DNA of 64,000 bases from Minisyncoccota bacterium (GCA_023142595.1 JAGLJF010000003.1:3873-67872), one strand, 5' to 3'; shown: positions 48,515-58,829, counted from the stretch's first letter. A program made the numbers and translations. Notes: generated from the sequence alone by a model not told the origin.

Positions 48515-49858
48515 TTATTCCCAAACAACACAAACCTGAAGATCACAAACATTTGTTCCTGTGCCGTTTCCCATGGAGATTAATCCGTTTGTTTTTTTCA
48601 AGAAATCGTAGCTTCTGTGATTTTCTAGATATTTATCAATATCTATTTTTTTATTTTTAATAATATCAAAAGTTTTGTAATCAACAATTCCTCCGGCAAC
48701 GCCATCTATAAAATCTGTGCCATCACTTGCGCAAGAAATAAATGCCCATTTTTTATCAAATCTTGTCATTTCTTTTAAAAACGCTAAAGCAAATTCTTGA
48801 TTTCTTCCGCCTTTAGCATCTTTGTTTTTTATAGTAACTGTAGTTTCACCACTGAAAATGAAAGTTTTGTATTCTTTATTTTTTAATTTCTTTTTTGAGA
48901 TTAACCTTATAATCTTTTTAGCATATTTTTCTGCTTGAATTTTTGTTTCGCCTGTTACTTTTCTGTTTAAAATAACGGAGGTGTAGTTTAAGTCTTCACA
49001 TTTTTTTTCTGCAGAATCTACAAGATTATTTGTATCTGTAATAATTATATTTTTTACTTTTGGAAAAGCTTTTTTTGTAGAAAAATCTTGTTGCAATTTT
49101 TCTTTTACTATTTTCGATATCTTATTTTCCAGTTTATATTTTTTTATTATTAAGTAGGCGGATCTAACATGCTTTATGTTTACAGTTGGTCCAGAAGCAA
49201 TTGTTTTCAGGTCATTGCCAATGACATCCGAAATAATCAAAGAATAAATTTTTGCTGGAAAAAAATGTCTTGCCAGTCCTCCGCCCTTTACTTGAGATAA
49301 TTTTTGTCTTACTGCATTTATTTCATTTATATTTGCTCCGGAATAAAGAAGCGCTTTGGTGGTTTTTTGCATATCCCGTAAAGTGATTCCGCTAATTGGA
49401 TATTCCATTAATGCTGAGCCTCCTCCAGAAATCAAGCAAAAAATTATATCACCACTTCCTATTTCAAATTCTTCCTTAAGTTTCAAAATTTCTCTCGTTC
49501 CTTCGATGCTTGATTTATTTGGCAGAGGATGTCCTGCCAATACAGTTTTGATTTTTTTAGTTTTTGGTTTATATCCTTTGTAATTTATTCTGCCAGCGGT
49601 AATATTTTTTACTCCGATAATCTTTTCAAAATTTTCTGCCATTATACCTGTTGCTTTTCCTGCGCCAATCACAAAAATTCTATTCTTTTTCAAATCAGCC
49701 GCTTTTTGATCGTTGATAAATATTTCATCTTTAATTCTTTTTAAAGAATTTTTCAAGACAAATTGTGGAGTTGAATGAGAAATCGAATAGTCAACGATTT
49801 TCAATAAATCTCTTTTTTGTTTAGTGTTGGCAATTGATTTAAAATTTTTTACAAGCAT
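48515..49858 (-). CDS. Glycerate 2-kinase (MOFRL/DUF4147 family)
   Basis: GAGKA, GHPLP, ISGGGSAL, KGGGLA, SDVIG...IASGP, GGRNQE, TGTNV. Confidence 0.93.
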   Translation of the reverse strand: MLVKNFKSIANTKQKRDLLKIVDYSISHSTPQFVLKNSLKRIKDEIFINDQKAADLKKNRIFVIGAGKATGIMAENFEKIIGVKNITAGRINYKGYKPKTKKIKTVLAGHPLPNKSSIEGTREILKLKEEFEIGSGDIIFCLISGGGSALMEYPISGITLRDMQKTTKALLYSGANINEINAVRQKLSQVKGGGLARHFFPAKIYSLIISDVIGNDLKTIASGPTVNIKHVRSAYLIIKKYKLENKISKIVKEKLQQDFSTKKAFPKVKNIIITDTNNLVDSAEKKCEDLNYTSVILNRKVTGETKIQAEKYAKKIIRLISKKKLKNKEYKTFIFSGETTVTIKNKDAKGGRNQEFALAFLKEMTRFDKKWAFISCASDGTDFIDGVAGGIVDYKTFDIIKNKKIDIDKYLENHRSYDFLKKTNGLISMGNGTGTNVCDLQVCVVWE

Positions 49859-49915
49859 GGAGAATGATTTTAATATCTAAATATCTTAATAAATAGGTCT
49901 GCTGATTTACTTCTG

Positions 49916-49950
49916 GTTCCCCCTGATAAGGGGGTTGGGGGGTTTGAAAA
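49916..49950. repeat. Poly-G/C hairpin repeat
   Basis: GTTCCCCCTGATAAGGGGGTTGGGGGGTTTGAAAA, near-exact inverse of 12754-12788. Confidence 0.75.
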
Positions 49951-50066
49951 ATGGCTAAGAAAAACTGAATTATTTTTTTAAGATTGTGAAATTTTATCTC
50001 TTTTTATAAAAATTAGATGAAAATCAGCAGCCACTAGATATAACAAAATTAATATATTATCAGATA

Positions 50067-50248
50067 TGTCATCCTGAATAATGTCATGCTGAATTTATTT
50101 CAGTATTATTTCAGGATCTTCTGTTTTTTTAAATCTAAATTTTACTACAAAACACAATTCTTTTGTATATGACAAACCAATATTAGATGATTTATAGTTT
50201 ATGTTTATTGTAATATTCAACAGATTCTGAAATAAATTCAGAATGACA
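50067..50248. repeat. TGTC-family type A element with a second left hairpin inserted in its loop
   Basis: TGTCATCCTGAATAA[TGTCATGCTGAATTTATTTCAGTA]TTATTTCAGGATCT...AGATTCTGAAATAAATTCAGAATGACA. Confidence 0.85.
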
Positions 50249-50286
50249 AGATGTGTTTTTTAAAAAATAAATAATATTAACAGAGC

Positions 50287-51480
50287 TTATTTATATTTAT
50301 CAAGAAAATAATTTCTATCATTCCAAAATATTTTTGCTTGATTCGTAATTTTCTTTTCACATGATTCAGATGAACATTCTAGTGTTTTTCTAAAAAAACT
50401 GATAAAACGTCCAAAATATAACGACCTCAACGCCTCTATTAAACTAGAATTAATATCTGTTTTATCATAAGCATAAATAGCATCATAAACTATTTTGTGC
50501 CAGAGAGTGTCATTTATCGCAATATTGTCGTTATCATACATATTTTTGATTTCGACAAAAACATCTTTACTTAAGAATTCTTTTAGTACGCTTTCGTTAC
50601 TTTGAAAATCAAAGATCGAAGTTGTTTTCATCCCCTTATAGTCAATACTTAGTGTTTGTGGTTGGTCAAACTCTTTTTTACCAAAAAAAGGTATCTTGGT
50701 TTTTGTATCGACATCCATCCATTTCTCCTTGTTTTCACAAATATCTTTAAATAGAGTGCCTACTACTTGAGAAAACATAGGGCCCAATTTTGGCGCGCTT
50801 GGTTTATGAATTTTTGCGCCCAATCCAACTTGTGCTATTTTAAATCCTCCTAGAATAGCGTTCATTGTCATGAAAATATCAATACCATATTGTCTGGTTG
50901 TTTTGTGCCATTTACATTTTAGCCAATGTTCGGCTAGTCGTGGTGAAAAGGAAAAATCGCCTCCAATTGGTTGTCTAATATCATATCCCAATAATCCATA
51001 GATTAAGGGATAACAGATGTGATTAGTTATAGATCCATCATATTCTGATCTTGAATATAAAGGAGTGGCATAATCATATCCAGCTAAAATAGGCTCAAAA
51101 AGCCATTTAACCCAATCCCCTGTGATACTTTTTATGTCTGCATCAATTACGGCAATGGCGGTTGAGTCTAGTTTTAAAACTTGATTAAATAAATTACAAA
51201 AATTATTTCCTTTTCCAACAACTCCTGGCAATGTTGAAATATAGATTTTTGGTGTTTTCGTTTTAACATTTAAAAATGCTTCTCTTGTTCCATCAGCTGA
51301 ATTATTATCGACATTAATAATGACAGCTGAATGTTTGCTGAAATTTTTAACCAAGCCTTTATCTATTTGTTTGACAACATTAGCAATATTGTCAGCTTCG
51401 TTATAAGATGGAATGCCGACAACTAAATCCGCCTGAATTATTTTATTCGGATTAATTATTTTGTTTTTAATGCTTTGCAT
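50287..51480 (-). CDS. GT-A glycosyltransferase, glucosyl-/mannosyl-glycerate synthase-like
   Basis: VVGIPSYN, GKGN, IDAD, YDGSITN, RQPIGGDF, YGIDIFMT. Confidence 0.8.
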   Translation of the reverse strand: MQSIKNKIINPNKIIQADLVVGIPSYNEADNIANVVKQIDKGLVKNFSKHSAVIINVDNNSADGTREAFLNVKTKTPKIYISTLPGVVGKGNNFCNLFNQVLKLDSTAIAVIDADIKSITGDWVKWLFEPILAGYDYATPLYSRSEYDGSITNHICYPLIYGLLGYDIRQPIGGDFSFSPRLAEHWLKCKWHKTTRQYGIDIFMTMNAILGGFKIAQVGLGAKIHKPSAPKLGPMFSQVVGTLFKDICENKEKWMDVDTKTKIPFFGKKEFDQPQTLSIDYKGMKTTSIFDFQSNESVLKEFLSKDVFVEIKNMYDNDNIAINDTLWHKIVYDAIYAYDKTDINSSLIEALRSLYFGRFISFFRKTLECSSESCEKKITNQAKIFWNDRNYFLDKYK

Positions 51481-51637
51481 AGTTTTCAGTTATTGACTCA
51501 ACCTATATTACTCTCTTAAAATAAATTCGTGTGTTTATAATAAATTGATTTAAAATGTATTCCCCTCTTGAGAGGGGAATTTGTTTGGTGTTATTATTCA
51601 TCAACTGCGAATAATTTGAATTTAAAAATTATCTGTA

Positions 51638-52588
51638 TTATTTACAATCCGCTGCTCTTTTTTGAATTCTCGCAAACTCGTTGTCGTAGTGTTCTTGAAT
51701 TTCTTGCACAAGTCCTGCATTTTCAGGCTTGAGAAGATGTTTGAATCTTTTTTGTGACTTAAACCACTCGAGAATTGATGTCTTTTTTTTCGGTGTATAG
51801 TTTAAAGTGAACTTGCCATGATCAACTTCATAAAGTGGCCAATAGTTTGATTGAACTGCCAACTCACAAATTCGTACTGTTTCAGATGGATCAAACCCCC
51901 AACTTCTTTGACAAGGACTAATCAAGTTTATAAACGATGGTCCCTCAACTTCAAGCGCTCGTTTTGCTTTTTTTATTAAGTCTGCAAAATTTGAAATTGA
52001 AGCTTGAGCGACATAATTAATGTGATGTCCTTCAATGATAGCAGTCAAATCTTTTCGAAATTCGTTTTTTCCTTGCTGAACTTTTCCCGCTGGCGAAGTT
52101 GTCGTGTGCGACCCGCGTGGAGTTGCTCCTGATCTTTGATTTCCAGTGTTCATATAAGCACCGTTGTCATAGCAAACATAAAGAAATTGATGTCCTCGTT
52201 CGAGAGCTCCAGAAAGACTTTGAAGTCCGATGTCATATGTTCCACCATCACCACCAATAACCAAAAATTTCACATTATCAGGAAGATCTTTGGCCCATTT
52301 TGGTCTGTCTTTCGGCTTCTTTTTCAAAATTACTTTATATGACTCAATTATTCCGCTAGCAGTTGCAGAAGCATTTTCAAAAGCATTATGTATCCAAGGA
52401 GTTTTCCAAGCCGTGTAAGGATAAATTGTGGTGGCAACTTCAAGACAGCTTGTGGCATTAATAATCACAACTGGCTCATCAATAGCCGCTAAAATTAACT
52501 TAATATTAATCGGTTCTGCACACCCTGCACAAAGACGATGCCCTGAAGTCAATCGCTCTTCTTTTTGAGATAGCTCTACAAGATTCAT
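51638..52588 (-). CDS. porB: Pyruvate:ferredoxin oxidoreductase beta subunit
   Basis: GHRLCAGC, GGDGGTYDIG, YDNGAYMNTG.QRS, SPC. Confidence 0.93.
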   Translation of the reverse strand: MNLVELSQKEERLTSGHRLCAGCAEPINIKLILAAIDEPVVIINATSCLEVATTIYPYTAWKTPWIHNAFENASATASGIIESYKVILKKKPKDRPKWAKDLPDNVKFLVIGGDGGTYDIGLQSLSGALERGHQFLYVCYDNGAYMNTGNQRSGATPRGSHTTTSPAGKVQQGKNEFRKDLTAIIEGHHINYVAQASISNFADLIKKAKRALEVEGPSFINLISPCQRSWGFDPSETVRICELAVQSNYWPLYEVDHGKFTLNYTPKKKTSILEWFKSQKRFKHLLKPENAGLVQEIQEHYDNEFARIQKRAADCK

Positions 52589-52690
52589 ATTTTTTAATTT
52601 ATATTTTTATTTATTGTTTTTATTATAGCAGAGTTTAAGGGAAAATAAAAACTTATAGATTGTTTTTTAAATTACAAAACAATATTAAAA

Positions 52691-52795
52691 TGTCATCTCG
52701 AAATGAGTAGAACGATTGAGAAATCTAAAAATAGCAACAAATGAACTAAATTATATTTATAGATATCTCGTCGTTATTACTCCCACGAAATGACA
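52691..52795. repeat. TGTC-family type D element
   Basis: TGTCATCTCGAAATGAGTAGAACGATTGAGAAATCT...AGATATCTCGTCG...CGAAATGACA. Confidence 0.85.
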
Positions 52796-52871
52796 AATTA
52801 TTTTTTGTGATTCAAAATATATAATGTCGCTTACTAAAATACTTAATCGCACTATACAAAAAAACAATTTC

Positions 52872-53618
52872 TTATTCTGATATTAGACTAGAAAGTGATA
52901 CAATGACAATTACTCCTAATAATAACATCAGAGATTGAACAATGATTATTCTTTTATTTTTTTCTTTATGAATTTCGGGAATTAGATCAGCAGTAGCAAT
53001 ATATATAAATCCACCTCCAGCAATTGCCAAAATAATTGGCACAAGTCCTTCAACTTTTTTTGCAAAGAAAAAGATTGCAAAAACTCCCAAAAAAGAAGTT
53101 AAAGAAGAAAGAAAATTAAAAATAAGCGCCTTTTTACGAGAAAATCCTCCATGAACCAAGACAGCAAAGTCTCCAACTTCTTGTGGAATTTCATGCATCA
53201 CAATTGCAAAGGAAGTCATAACTCCTGTTGGAATATTAATTAGAAAAGCGGCGGCAATTAAGGCTCCATCAATAAAATTATGAAAAGCATCTCCAACCAA
53301 ATTCAAATATGTAAATGGACGATGATATGTTTCGCAACTTTCATCGTGGCAATGATGCCAATTAATATATGTTTCCAAAACAAAAAATAGCATCATACCA
53401 ACAAGCACATAAATCATCACATTTCCTCCCGCCTTCTCAATCGCTTCAGGCAAAATATTAAAAAAAGCTGCTCCCAAAAACGAACCAGTCGCAAAAGCAA
53501 CTAGCGCTGGTATAATTTTATTAAGTAACTCTTTTTTGATGGAAATTGTAAAAATCCCAATCAGTGAAATTACACTAATCGTAAAAACGGCAATCAGTGC
53601 GTAGATAAATTCATTCAT
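52872..53618 (-). CDS. ZIP family metal transporter
   Basis: WHHCH, GDAFHNFIDG, HEIPQEVGDF, YIATADLIPE. Confidence 0.94.
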   Translation of the reverse strand: MNEFIYALIAVFTISVISLIGIFTISIKKELLNKIIPALVAFATGSFLGAAFFNILPEAIEKAGGNVMIYVLVGMMLFFVLETYINWHHCHDESCETYHRPFTYLNLVGDAFHNFIDGALIAAAFLINIPTGVMTSFAIVMHEIPQEVGDFAVLVHGGFSRKKALIFNFLSSLTSFLGVFAIFFFAKKVEGLVPIILAIAGGGFIYIATADLIPEIHKEKNKRIIIVQSLMLLLGVIVIVSLSSLISE

Positions 53619-53645
53619 TTTGTTTTTTTAATATTAATAAATTAT

Positions 53646-54830
53646 TTATGCTTCAGAAATTATGTCGAATACCCCAGCCTTTGCACTTCCTGTAATTGTG
53701 AGAGCATATACCCTTTGCGCTATATTTTGGGAAACAATCTTTTTTGCTGTCTCATTAAGTGTCGATCCTGAACCAGTTACATCATCTATAAGTAGAATAT
53801 TTTTATATTGTTTCTTACTAGATACAACAATTGTCTTTTTAGCATTTAATATTCTATCTTCTACTTTTTTTAAACTTTTTTGTTGAATAGGAACGAGAGT
53901 TTTTTCTTTTGAAAAAGCAATTTTATCGCAAGAAGTTCTTAATTGTTGAGCAATAAATGTCATAAGCTGTGTTTTTCTCGCAACCGTTGGAGGAATAAAT
54001 GCCACACAATCGATTTTATATTGTTGAACAATTTTATCAATACTTTTTTGTATTTTATCAACAATCACTTTCATCAATACTTTATTTGTATGACCTGACT
54101 TTGCAGTCCTAACTATCTGGCTCAAGGCAGTTTTACCAAAAACTGGCAAAGCATCAAAGTCTTGATGAAATAATTTTTCTATATATACATTATCGCCAAA
54201 AATATGGTGCAACTTCTCCGTAGCATCAATCATCAGCACTCCAATCTGATTGTTGTAATATTTTTTTCGTATGCTTATATATTCTTCTGCGAGTTTTTTA
54301 ATGTCCGATCTGCCAGATCGATTTTTTGCCCAATATTCAAAGCCCTTAATACCTTTCAACAAGCGTCCTTCTGGCGTTGTATAGACATAATATTTTTCAA
54401 TAGCCTCTTTTTGCTCAGGCGAAAAAATATTTTTATCTTTTTGAAAATTATATGAATAGATAATCTTTTTCGGTGGCGAGCCAAACTTACCGAGAGTGCC
54501 ATCATCTACAAACCTTTTTACATATTTTTTTGCTGAACCTACACTAACATTCCAAACGCATGCAAAATCGTCTATAGTCATTTGTTCGACATATTCAAAG
54601 AGAAATTCAAGTGCTTTATTATTCACGACGAGTTTGTATTTTACATTCGCACCTTTATTGACAGTTTTTCTCAAAATTTCATCTTCAACAAGCTTCCGAA
54701 GTATTTTTCCAATACCTTCACGAGAGAGTGTACTACCTTTCTTAATATCAGAAACAGCAAATACACCAGTGTCTACTAGATTATTAATAATTATTTTATG
54801 TTGTTTGTTTTTATCTTCCATATCACTCAT
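53646..54830 (-). CDS. Tandem winged-HTH plus ComF-like phosphoribosyltransferase protein
   Basis: Two HTH-like segments; ILLIDDVTGSGSTL PRPP motif; true start probably 54830 or 54821. Confidence 0.78.
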   Translation of the reverse strand: MSDMEDKNKQHKIIINNLVDTGVFAVSDIKKGSTLSREGIGKILRKLVEDEILRKTVNKGANVKYKLVVNNKALEFLFEYVEQMTIDDFACVWNVSVGSAKKYVKRFVDDGTLGKFGSPPKKIIYSYNFQKDKNIFSPEQKEAIEKYYVYTTPEGRLLKGIKGFEYWAKNRSGRSDIKKLAEEYISIRKKYYNNQIGVLMIDATEKLHHIFGDNVYIEKLFHQDFDALPVFGKTALSQIVRTAKSGHTNKVLMKVIVDKIQKSIDKIVQQYKIDCVAFIPPTVARKTQLMTFIAQQLRTSCDKIAFSKEKTLVPIQQKSLKKVEDRILNAKKTIVVSSKKQYKNILLIDDVTGSGSTLNETAKKIVSQNIAQRVYALTITGSAKAGVFDIISEA

Positions 54831-54985
54831 TGTACTATAGAAAGAATGCTTTGTCAATGTTAATTTAATAGCTAATTTAAGCAATATTATATAGTACGCA
54901 TTATACTATAGAAATAATAAGTTAAAAATACTTGTTTTTTGGCTAATTTAAGTAATAATCCATAGTACTTATTATACTGTGGATA
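54829..54985 (-). promoter_or_regulatory. Promoter plus repeated operator-like palindromes upstream of the HTH-PRTase
   Basis: TTGACA(54857-54852)-17-TACAAT(54834-54829); ~44-bp direct repeats at 54871 and 54942. Confidence 0.6.
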
Positions 54986-55043
54986 AATGATATAAAGAAA
55001 GAAAATGATTAACAAATAGTTATAATCCTCTTTTAAGAATTTA

Positions 55044-55361
55044 TTATTCCAAATTTACTAAAACAAGCCCAATTGTGATTGCTCCGATGCCGATAAATTG
55101 AATAGGTGTTATATTTTCTTTGAAAACAAAATAACCAATTATTGTCATGGCAATAATTGAAAGTGAAATCCAGAGGATGTTTGTAATTGCCATTCCTTCA
55201 TATGCTAGTGATTTGGCAAAAAGAAAACCAGCTCCGCCAAAAAATAAAAAAGTAGCAAAAAGAAATAGTGAATTTTTATTAACACTATAAAGCTTAGCAC
55301 ATAATGTGCCAGATATATCTAATACTATAATTGCTGTGATGTATAGCGCAAATATGCTCAT
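55044..55361 (-). CDS. SMR/EamA-like small transporter
   Basis: Four TMs, G...FKENIT...FIGI. Confidence 0.8.
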   Translation of the reverse strand: MSIFALYITAIIVLDISGTLCAKLYSVNKNSLFLFATFLFFGGAGFLFAKSLAYEGMAITNILWISLSIIAMTIIGYFVFKENITPIQFIGIGAITIGLVLVNLE

Positions 55362-55566
55362 ACTAATTTGTTTATATTGTCTAAATGTCTATTTTATTAT
55401 ATTGTATATATAATACGGCTGATTGGCAAATGAGTTTGTGGCGATTGATAAAAAATATAAGAATTTAAATATAACCAAGTAAATGCAACACTCACGAATG
55501 TCACCTTCAATCTCGTAATAACATTTCATTCTTAATAAGCTGTGGACAAGTGAATATAAAAACTTT

Positions 55567-56517
55567 ATGAATCTAACGAAAATAACCAAAATTACAACAG
55601 AATCAAGCCAAAAAGGGCAAAGAATTGATAAATTTTTGTCTGATTTTGATTCTACGATTTCTCGGTCAAAATGGCAAAAAATCATCAAAGAGGGACAAAT
55701 TTTGACTAATAATAAAGAAGTTAAAGCAGATTATGTTTTAAAGGAAAATGATGTAATTCAAATTTTACCAGCAAAAAAAGAGATAAAGAAAAAAAAGAAG
55801 ATTCCTGATGTCAAAATCATTTATGAGGATGATGCTGTTATCGTACTAGACAAGCCTGCAGGCGTTCTTTCTCAAGATGCACCTTCAAGTCCGAGTCCTA
55901 GTCTTACAGACTTTCTTTTGAATTATTATCCACCGATTAAAAATGTTGGAGAGAGTGAAGATCGTTGTGGAATTGTACATCGATTAGACAAAGACACTTC
56001 AGGAATTATTATTGTCGCTAAAAATGAAAAAAGTTTTTTGTTTTTGAAAAATCAATTTCAAAATAGAGAAGTACAAAAAACATATATGGCTCTCGTCTAT
56101 GGCAATATAAAAGAAAAAGAAGGTAAGATTGAATTGAAAATCGGCAGGTCAAAATCAAAACCAAATATGCAAACCGTAATAGATAGTAAAAGAAAAAAGG
56201 AAATTAAATCAAGAGAAGCATTAACATTTTATAAAGTTCAAAAAACTTTTCCAAATTATACTTTGCTTGCAGTATTTCCAAAAACAGGAAGAATGCATCA
56301 AATTCGAGTTCATTTAAAGTCTATTGGACATCCAATAGTTGGAGATCAAAAATATTTTTTCAAAAAAAACGTAGAAATCAAGCCAAAATTAAACCGACAA
56401 TTTTTGCATGCAAGTGAATTAGAAATCAAATTACCAAACGGAAAAACAAAGATTTTTGAATCAAGCCCTGCCAATGATTTAAATGATTTTCTTCTTAAAA
56501 TAAGTAGTCTTGACTAA
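55567..56517 (+). CDS. rluD: RluA/RluD family pseudouridine synthase
   Basis: S4 domain, DKPAG, IVHRLDKDTSG, TGRMHQIRVH, QFLHA. Confidence 0.92.
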   Translation: MNLTKITKITTESSQKGQRIDKFLSDFDSTISRSKWQKIIKEGQILTNNKEVKADYVLKENDVIQILPAKKEIKKKKKIPDVKIIYEDDAVIVLDKPAGVLSQDAPSSPSPSLTDFLLNYYPPIKNVGESEDRCGIVHRLDKDTSGIIIVAKNEKSFLFLKNQFQNREVQKTYMALVYGNIKEKEGKIELKIGRSKSKPNMQTVIDSKRKKEIKSREALTFYKVQKTFPNYTLLAVFPKTGRMHQIRVHLKSIGHPIVGDQKYFFKKNVEIKPKLNRQFLHASELEIKLPNGKTKIFESSPANDLNDFLLKISSLD

Positions 56518-56618
56518 TTCTAGTTTATACAGTAGTATGAAGTAGTCTAAATAATAGATTTGTCTTTTTTATTGCAGAGAGCCTAAGACCTAATTTAATT
56601 TAAAAAGTAATTAAAAAT

Positions 56619-57188
56619 ATGACAGTAACACTACAAGAATTTAATCATAGTCGTACCCGCGCGGACATGCCGAACATTAAACCTGGACATGTTGTGAAAG
56701 TTTATCAAAAAATTGTTGAAACAAAGGGGGTCGGAAAAAAAGCTGAAACAAAAGAAAGAGTTCAGATTTTTGAAGGTCTTGTTTTGGGCAGAAAGGGAGG
56801 AGATGGAATTAACGCAACTATTACTGTTCGAAAAATTTCTGGTGGAATTGGAGTTGAAAGAATTTTCCCAATAAATGCTCCAACTATTGAAAAAATTGAG
56901 CTAGTTAAGATTACAAAAGCAAGAAGAGCAAAATTGAATTTTATGAGGGATAGAATTGGAAAAGCAACAAAGCCAAAAGGAGAACTTATTGATCCAAAAG
57001 AAAATATAGTTGGCATAAAAGAAGAAATTTCCGAAGAAGATAAAAATGCAGAAACAAAGACCGATGATACAGAAATTAAAGGAAAAGAAGAAATGAAAGA
57101 ATCATCAAAGGAAAAAGAAGAAGATGTTGCAGTTGAAAAAGAAGAAAAGGTTGCGAAAGATAAAAAAGAGGTTACAGAAGAAAAATAG
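56619..57188 (+). CDS. rplS: 50S ribosomal protein L19 with acidic C-terminal extension
   Basis: KERVQIFEG, TVRKISGGIGVERIFP, RRAKL. Confidence 0.97.
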   Translation: MTVTLQEFNHSRTRADMPNIKPGHVVKVYQKIVETKGVGKKAETKERVQIFEGLVLGRKGGDGINATITVRKISGGIGVERIFPINAPTIEKIELVKITKARRAKLNFMRDRIGKATKPKGELIDPKENIVGIKEEISEEDKNAETKTDDTEIKGKEEMKESSKEKEEDVAVEKEEKVAKDKKEVTEEK

Positions 57189-57213
57189 ATATACAGTTTG
57201 TTAATTTTATTCA

Positions 57214-57296
57214 GCCGAGGTGGCGGAATTGGTATACGCAGCAGGTTGAGGGCCTGTGTCCAATCGGGCGTGAGGGTTCAAGTCCCTCTCTCGGCA
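57214..57296 (+). tRNA. tRNA-Leu(GAG)
   Basis: GCCGAGGTGGCGGAATTGG...GCAGGTTGAGGGCCTGT...GGTTCAAGTCCCTCTCTCGGCA. Confidence 0.95.
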
Positions 57297-57323
57297 CAGA
57301 CTAAAATTAATATAATTGATTAA

Positions 57324-57397
57324 GGGCGATTAGCTCAGTTGGCTAGAGCACCTCGTTTACACCGAGGGGGTCGGGGGTTCGAATCCCTCATCGCCCA
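57324..57397 (+). tRNA. tRNA-Val(TAC)
   Basis: GGGCGATTAGCTCAG...CCTCGTTTACACCGAGG...TTCGAATCCCTCATCGCCCA. Confidence 0.95.
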
Positions 57398-57402
57398 CCC
57401 CT

Positions 57403-57427
57403 TGTCATTCTGAATTTTATTCAGAAT
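57403..57427. repeat. Solo type A hairpin just after tRNA-Val
   Basis: TGTCATTCTGAATTTTATTCAGAAT. Confidence 0.7.
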
Positions 57428-57469
57428 ATTCTTAATAAAACTTATATTTGTTGTTTATATATAATTTTA

Positions 57470-57542
57470 GCCGAGGTAGCTCAGTTGGTAGAGCAAAGGA
57501 CTGAAAATCCTTGTGTCGGCAGTTCAAGTCTGCCTCTCGGCA
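57470..57542 (+). tRNA. tRNA-Phe(GAA)
   Basis: GCCGAGGTAGCTCAG...AAGGACTGAAAATCCTT...TTCAAGTCTGCCTCTCGGCA. Confidence 0.95.
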
Positions 57543-57548
57543 CAAATA

Positions 57549-57577
57549 AAAAAATACTAGCTAGACTAGTATTTTTT
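57549..57577. terminator. Bidirectional terminator between convergent tRNAs
   Basis: AAAAAATACTAG-CTAGA-CTAGTATTTTTT. Confidence 0.65.
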
Positions 57578-57580
57578 GTT

Positions 57581-57656
57581 TGGAGCGGATGACCGGAGTC
57601 GAACCGGCGACCTTCTCCTTGGCAAGGAGACGTTCTAGCCACTGAACTACATCCGC
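57581..57656 (-). tRNA. tRNA-Gly(GCC)
   Basis: GCGGATGTAGTTCAGTGG...TCTCCTTGCCAAGGAGA...TTCGACTCCGGTCATCCGCTCCA. Confidence 0.95.
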
Positions 57657-57764
57657 AATCTACCTACACAGAATACCATAAATTTATAATTTTGCAATAC
57701 TTACACTGTAAATTTTAGATTACTTTAAATAACATTTCACAATTTAAAAAAATAAACCTTAACT

Positions 57765-58829
57765 TTATAAATATTTAGCTTCAATACCACAAGCTCCTTC
57801 AGAAGAAACCATGCAGGCACCAATTGGATTCTCAGAAGTGCATTTTTTGTTAAACAGCTTGCAATCTTTTGGCTGCTTGAGCCCACGAAGAATGGCCCCA
57901 CAAATACATCCAGTGCTCTCAAGAGATTCTTCGACAAGTTCAGAATGACAAGATAAAATATTTTTATATTTTACCTTCGCATCATACTTTGAATATTTTT
58001 CTCTAATTTTTAAACCTGAATTAGGAATATTTCCAAGTCCTCGCCAAAATGCATCTCCATTTTCAAAAACTTCATCAACTAATTTTCTGGCGACAGGATT
58101 TCCTTCTGGACGAACACATCTGGTATATTCATTTTCAACTTCTTCTCTTCTCTCTGCAATCTGTTTCAAAAGCATATAAATTCCAAGCAAAACATCTTCT
58201 CCGCTAAAACCAGTAATAACCTGAGAAAGTTTGAATTTTTGATATAGTTCTGTTCCAATGATAGCTGAAACATGTCCAGGATTCAAGAAGCCGTCAATTT
58301 TCAAAGTTGGAGTATCAACCAATACTTGCATCGCTGGAATAAAAAGTTTGTGAGATGAATAAACAGTCAAGCCTTTTTTAATTGCATCTGCCGTCATTGG
58401 AGTTGTTGTTTCAAATCCCAGTCCAAAAAAAACTAAATCCTTTTTTTCTTTTTGTAATTTTAAAGCATCTTCAGTTGAATAAACTTCATTAACATCAGCA
58501 CCAAGTTCGCGCGCTTTATTGAGAGATAATTTTTGTTTTTGTTTATCAGCTTTTAAAACTAAATTTCCTGGCACTCTGAGAACATCTCCATAACAAGCAA
58601 TTGGAACATCATTTAAAGCTAATTTAATTATTGCATCAACATCTTTTTGGTCTGTCACACAAACTGGACACCCAGGTCCCGAAAGAAGCTTCACATTTTT
58701 CGGCAAAATCTTCTTGATACCGTTTTTTGCAACAGCTTCAGTATGCGTCCCACAAAGCTCCATAATCACAACATCGCGATTAATTTCTTTTGCAAGAATT
58801 TCAATTTTTTTTATTATATTTAATGTCAT
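57765..58829 (-). CDS. hypD: Hydrogenase maturation protein HypD
   Basis: CGTH, GPGCPVC, GFETT, PGHVS, C-terminal Cys cluster CMVSSEGAC. Confidence 0.95.
   Translation of the reverse strand: MTLNIIKKIEILAKEINRDVVIMELCGTHTEAVAKNGIKKILPKNVKLLSGPGCPVCVTDQKDVDAIIKLALNDVPIACYGDVLRVPGNLVLKADKQKQKLSLNKARELGADVNEVYSTEDALKLQKEKKDLVFFGLGFETTTPMTADAIKKGLTVYSSHKLFIPAMQVLVDTPTLKIDGFLNPGHVSAIIGTELYQKFKLSQVITGFSGEDVLLGIYMLLKQIAERREEVENEYTRCVRPEGNPVARKLVDEVFENGDAFWRGLGNIPNSGLKIREKYSKYDAKVKYKNILSCHSELVEESLESTGCICGAILRGLKQPKDCKLFNKKCTSENPIGACMVSSEGACGIEAKYL
57923..57950. repeat. TGTC-family half element, in frame in hypD
   Basis: Minus strand TGTCATTCTGAACTTGTCGAAGAATCTC encodes CHSELVEES. Confidence 0.8.

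Noticed and set aside
57214-57656. Prophage or ICE attachment site at the tRNA cluster
   Set aside because: No duplicated tRNA 3' end or integrase was found in the window.
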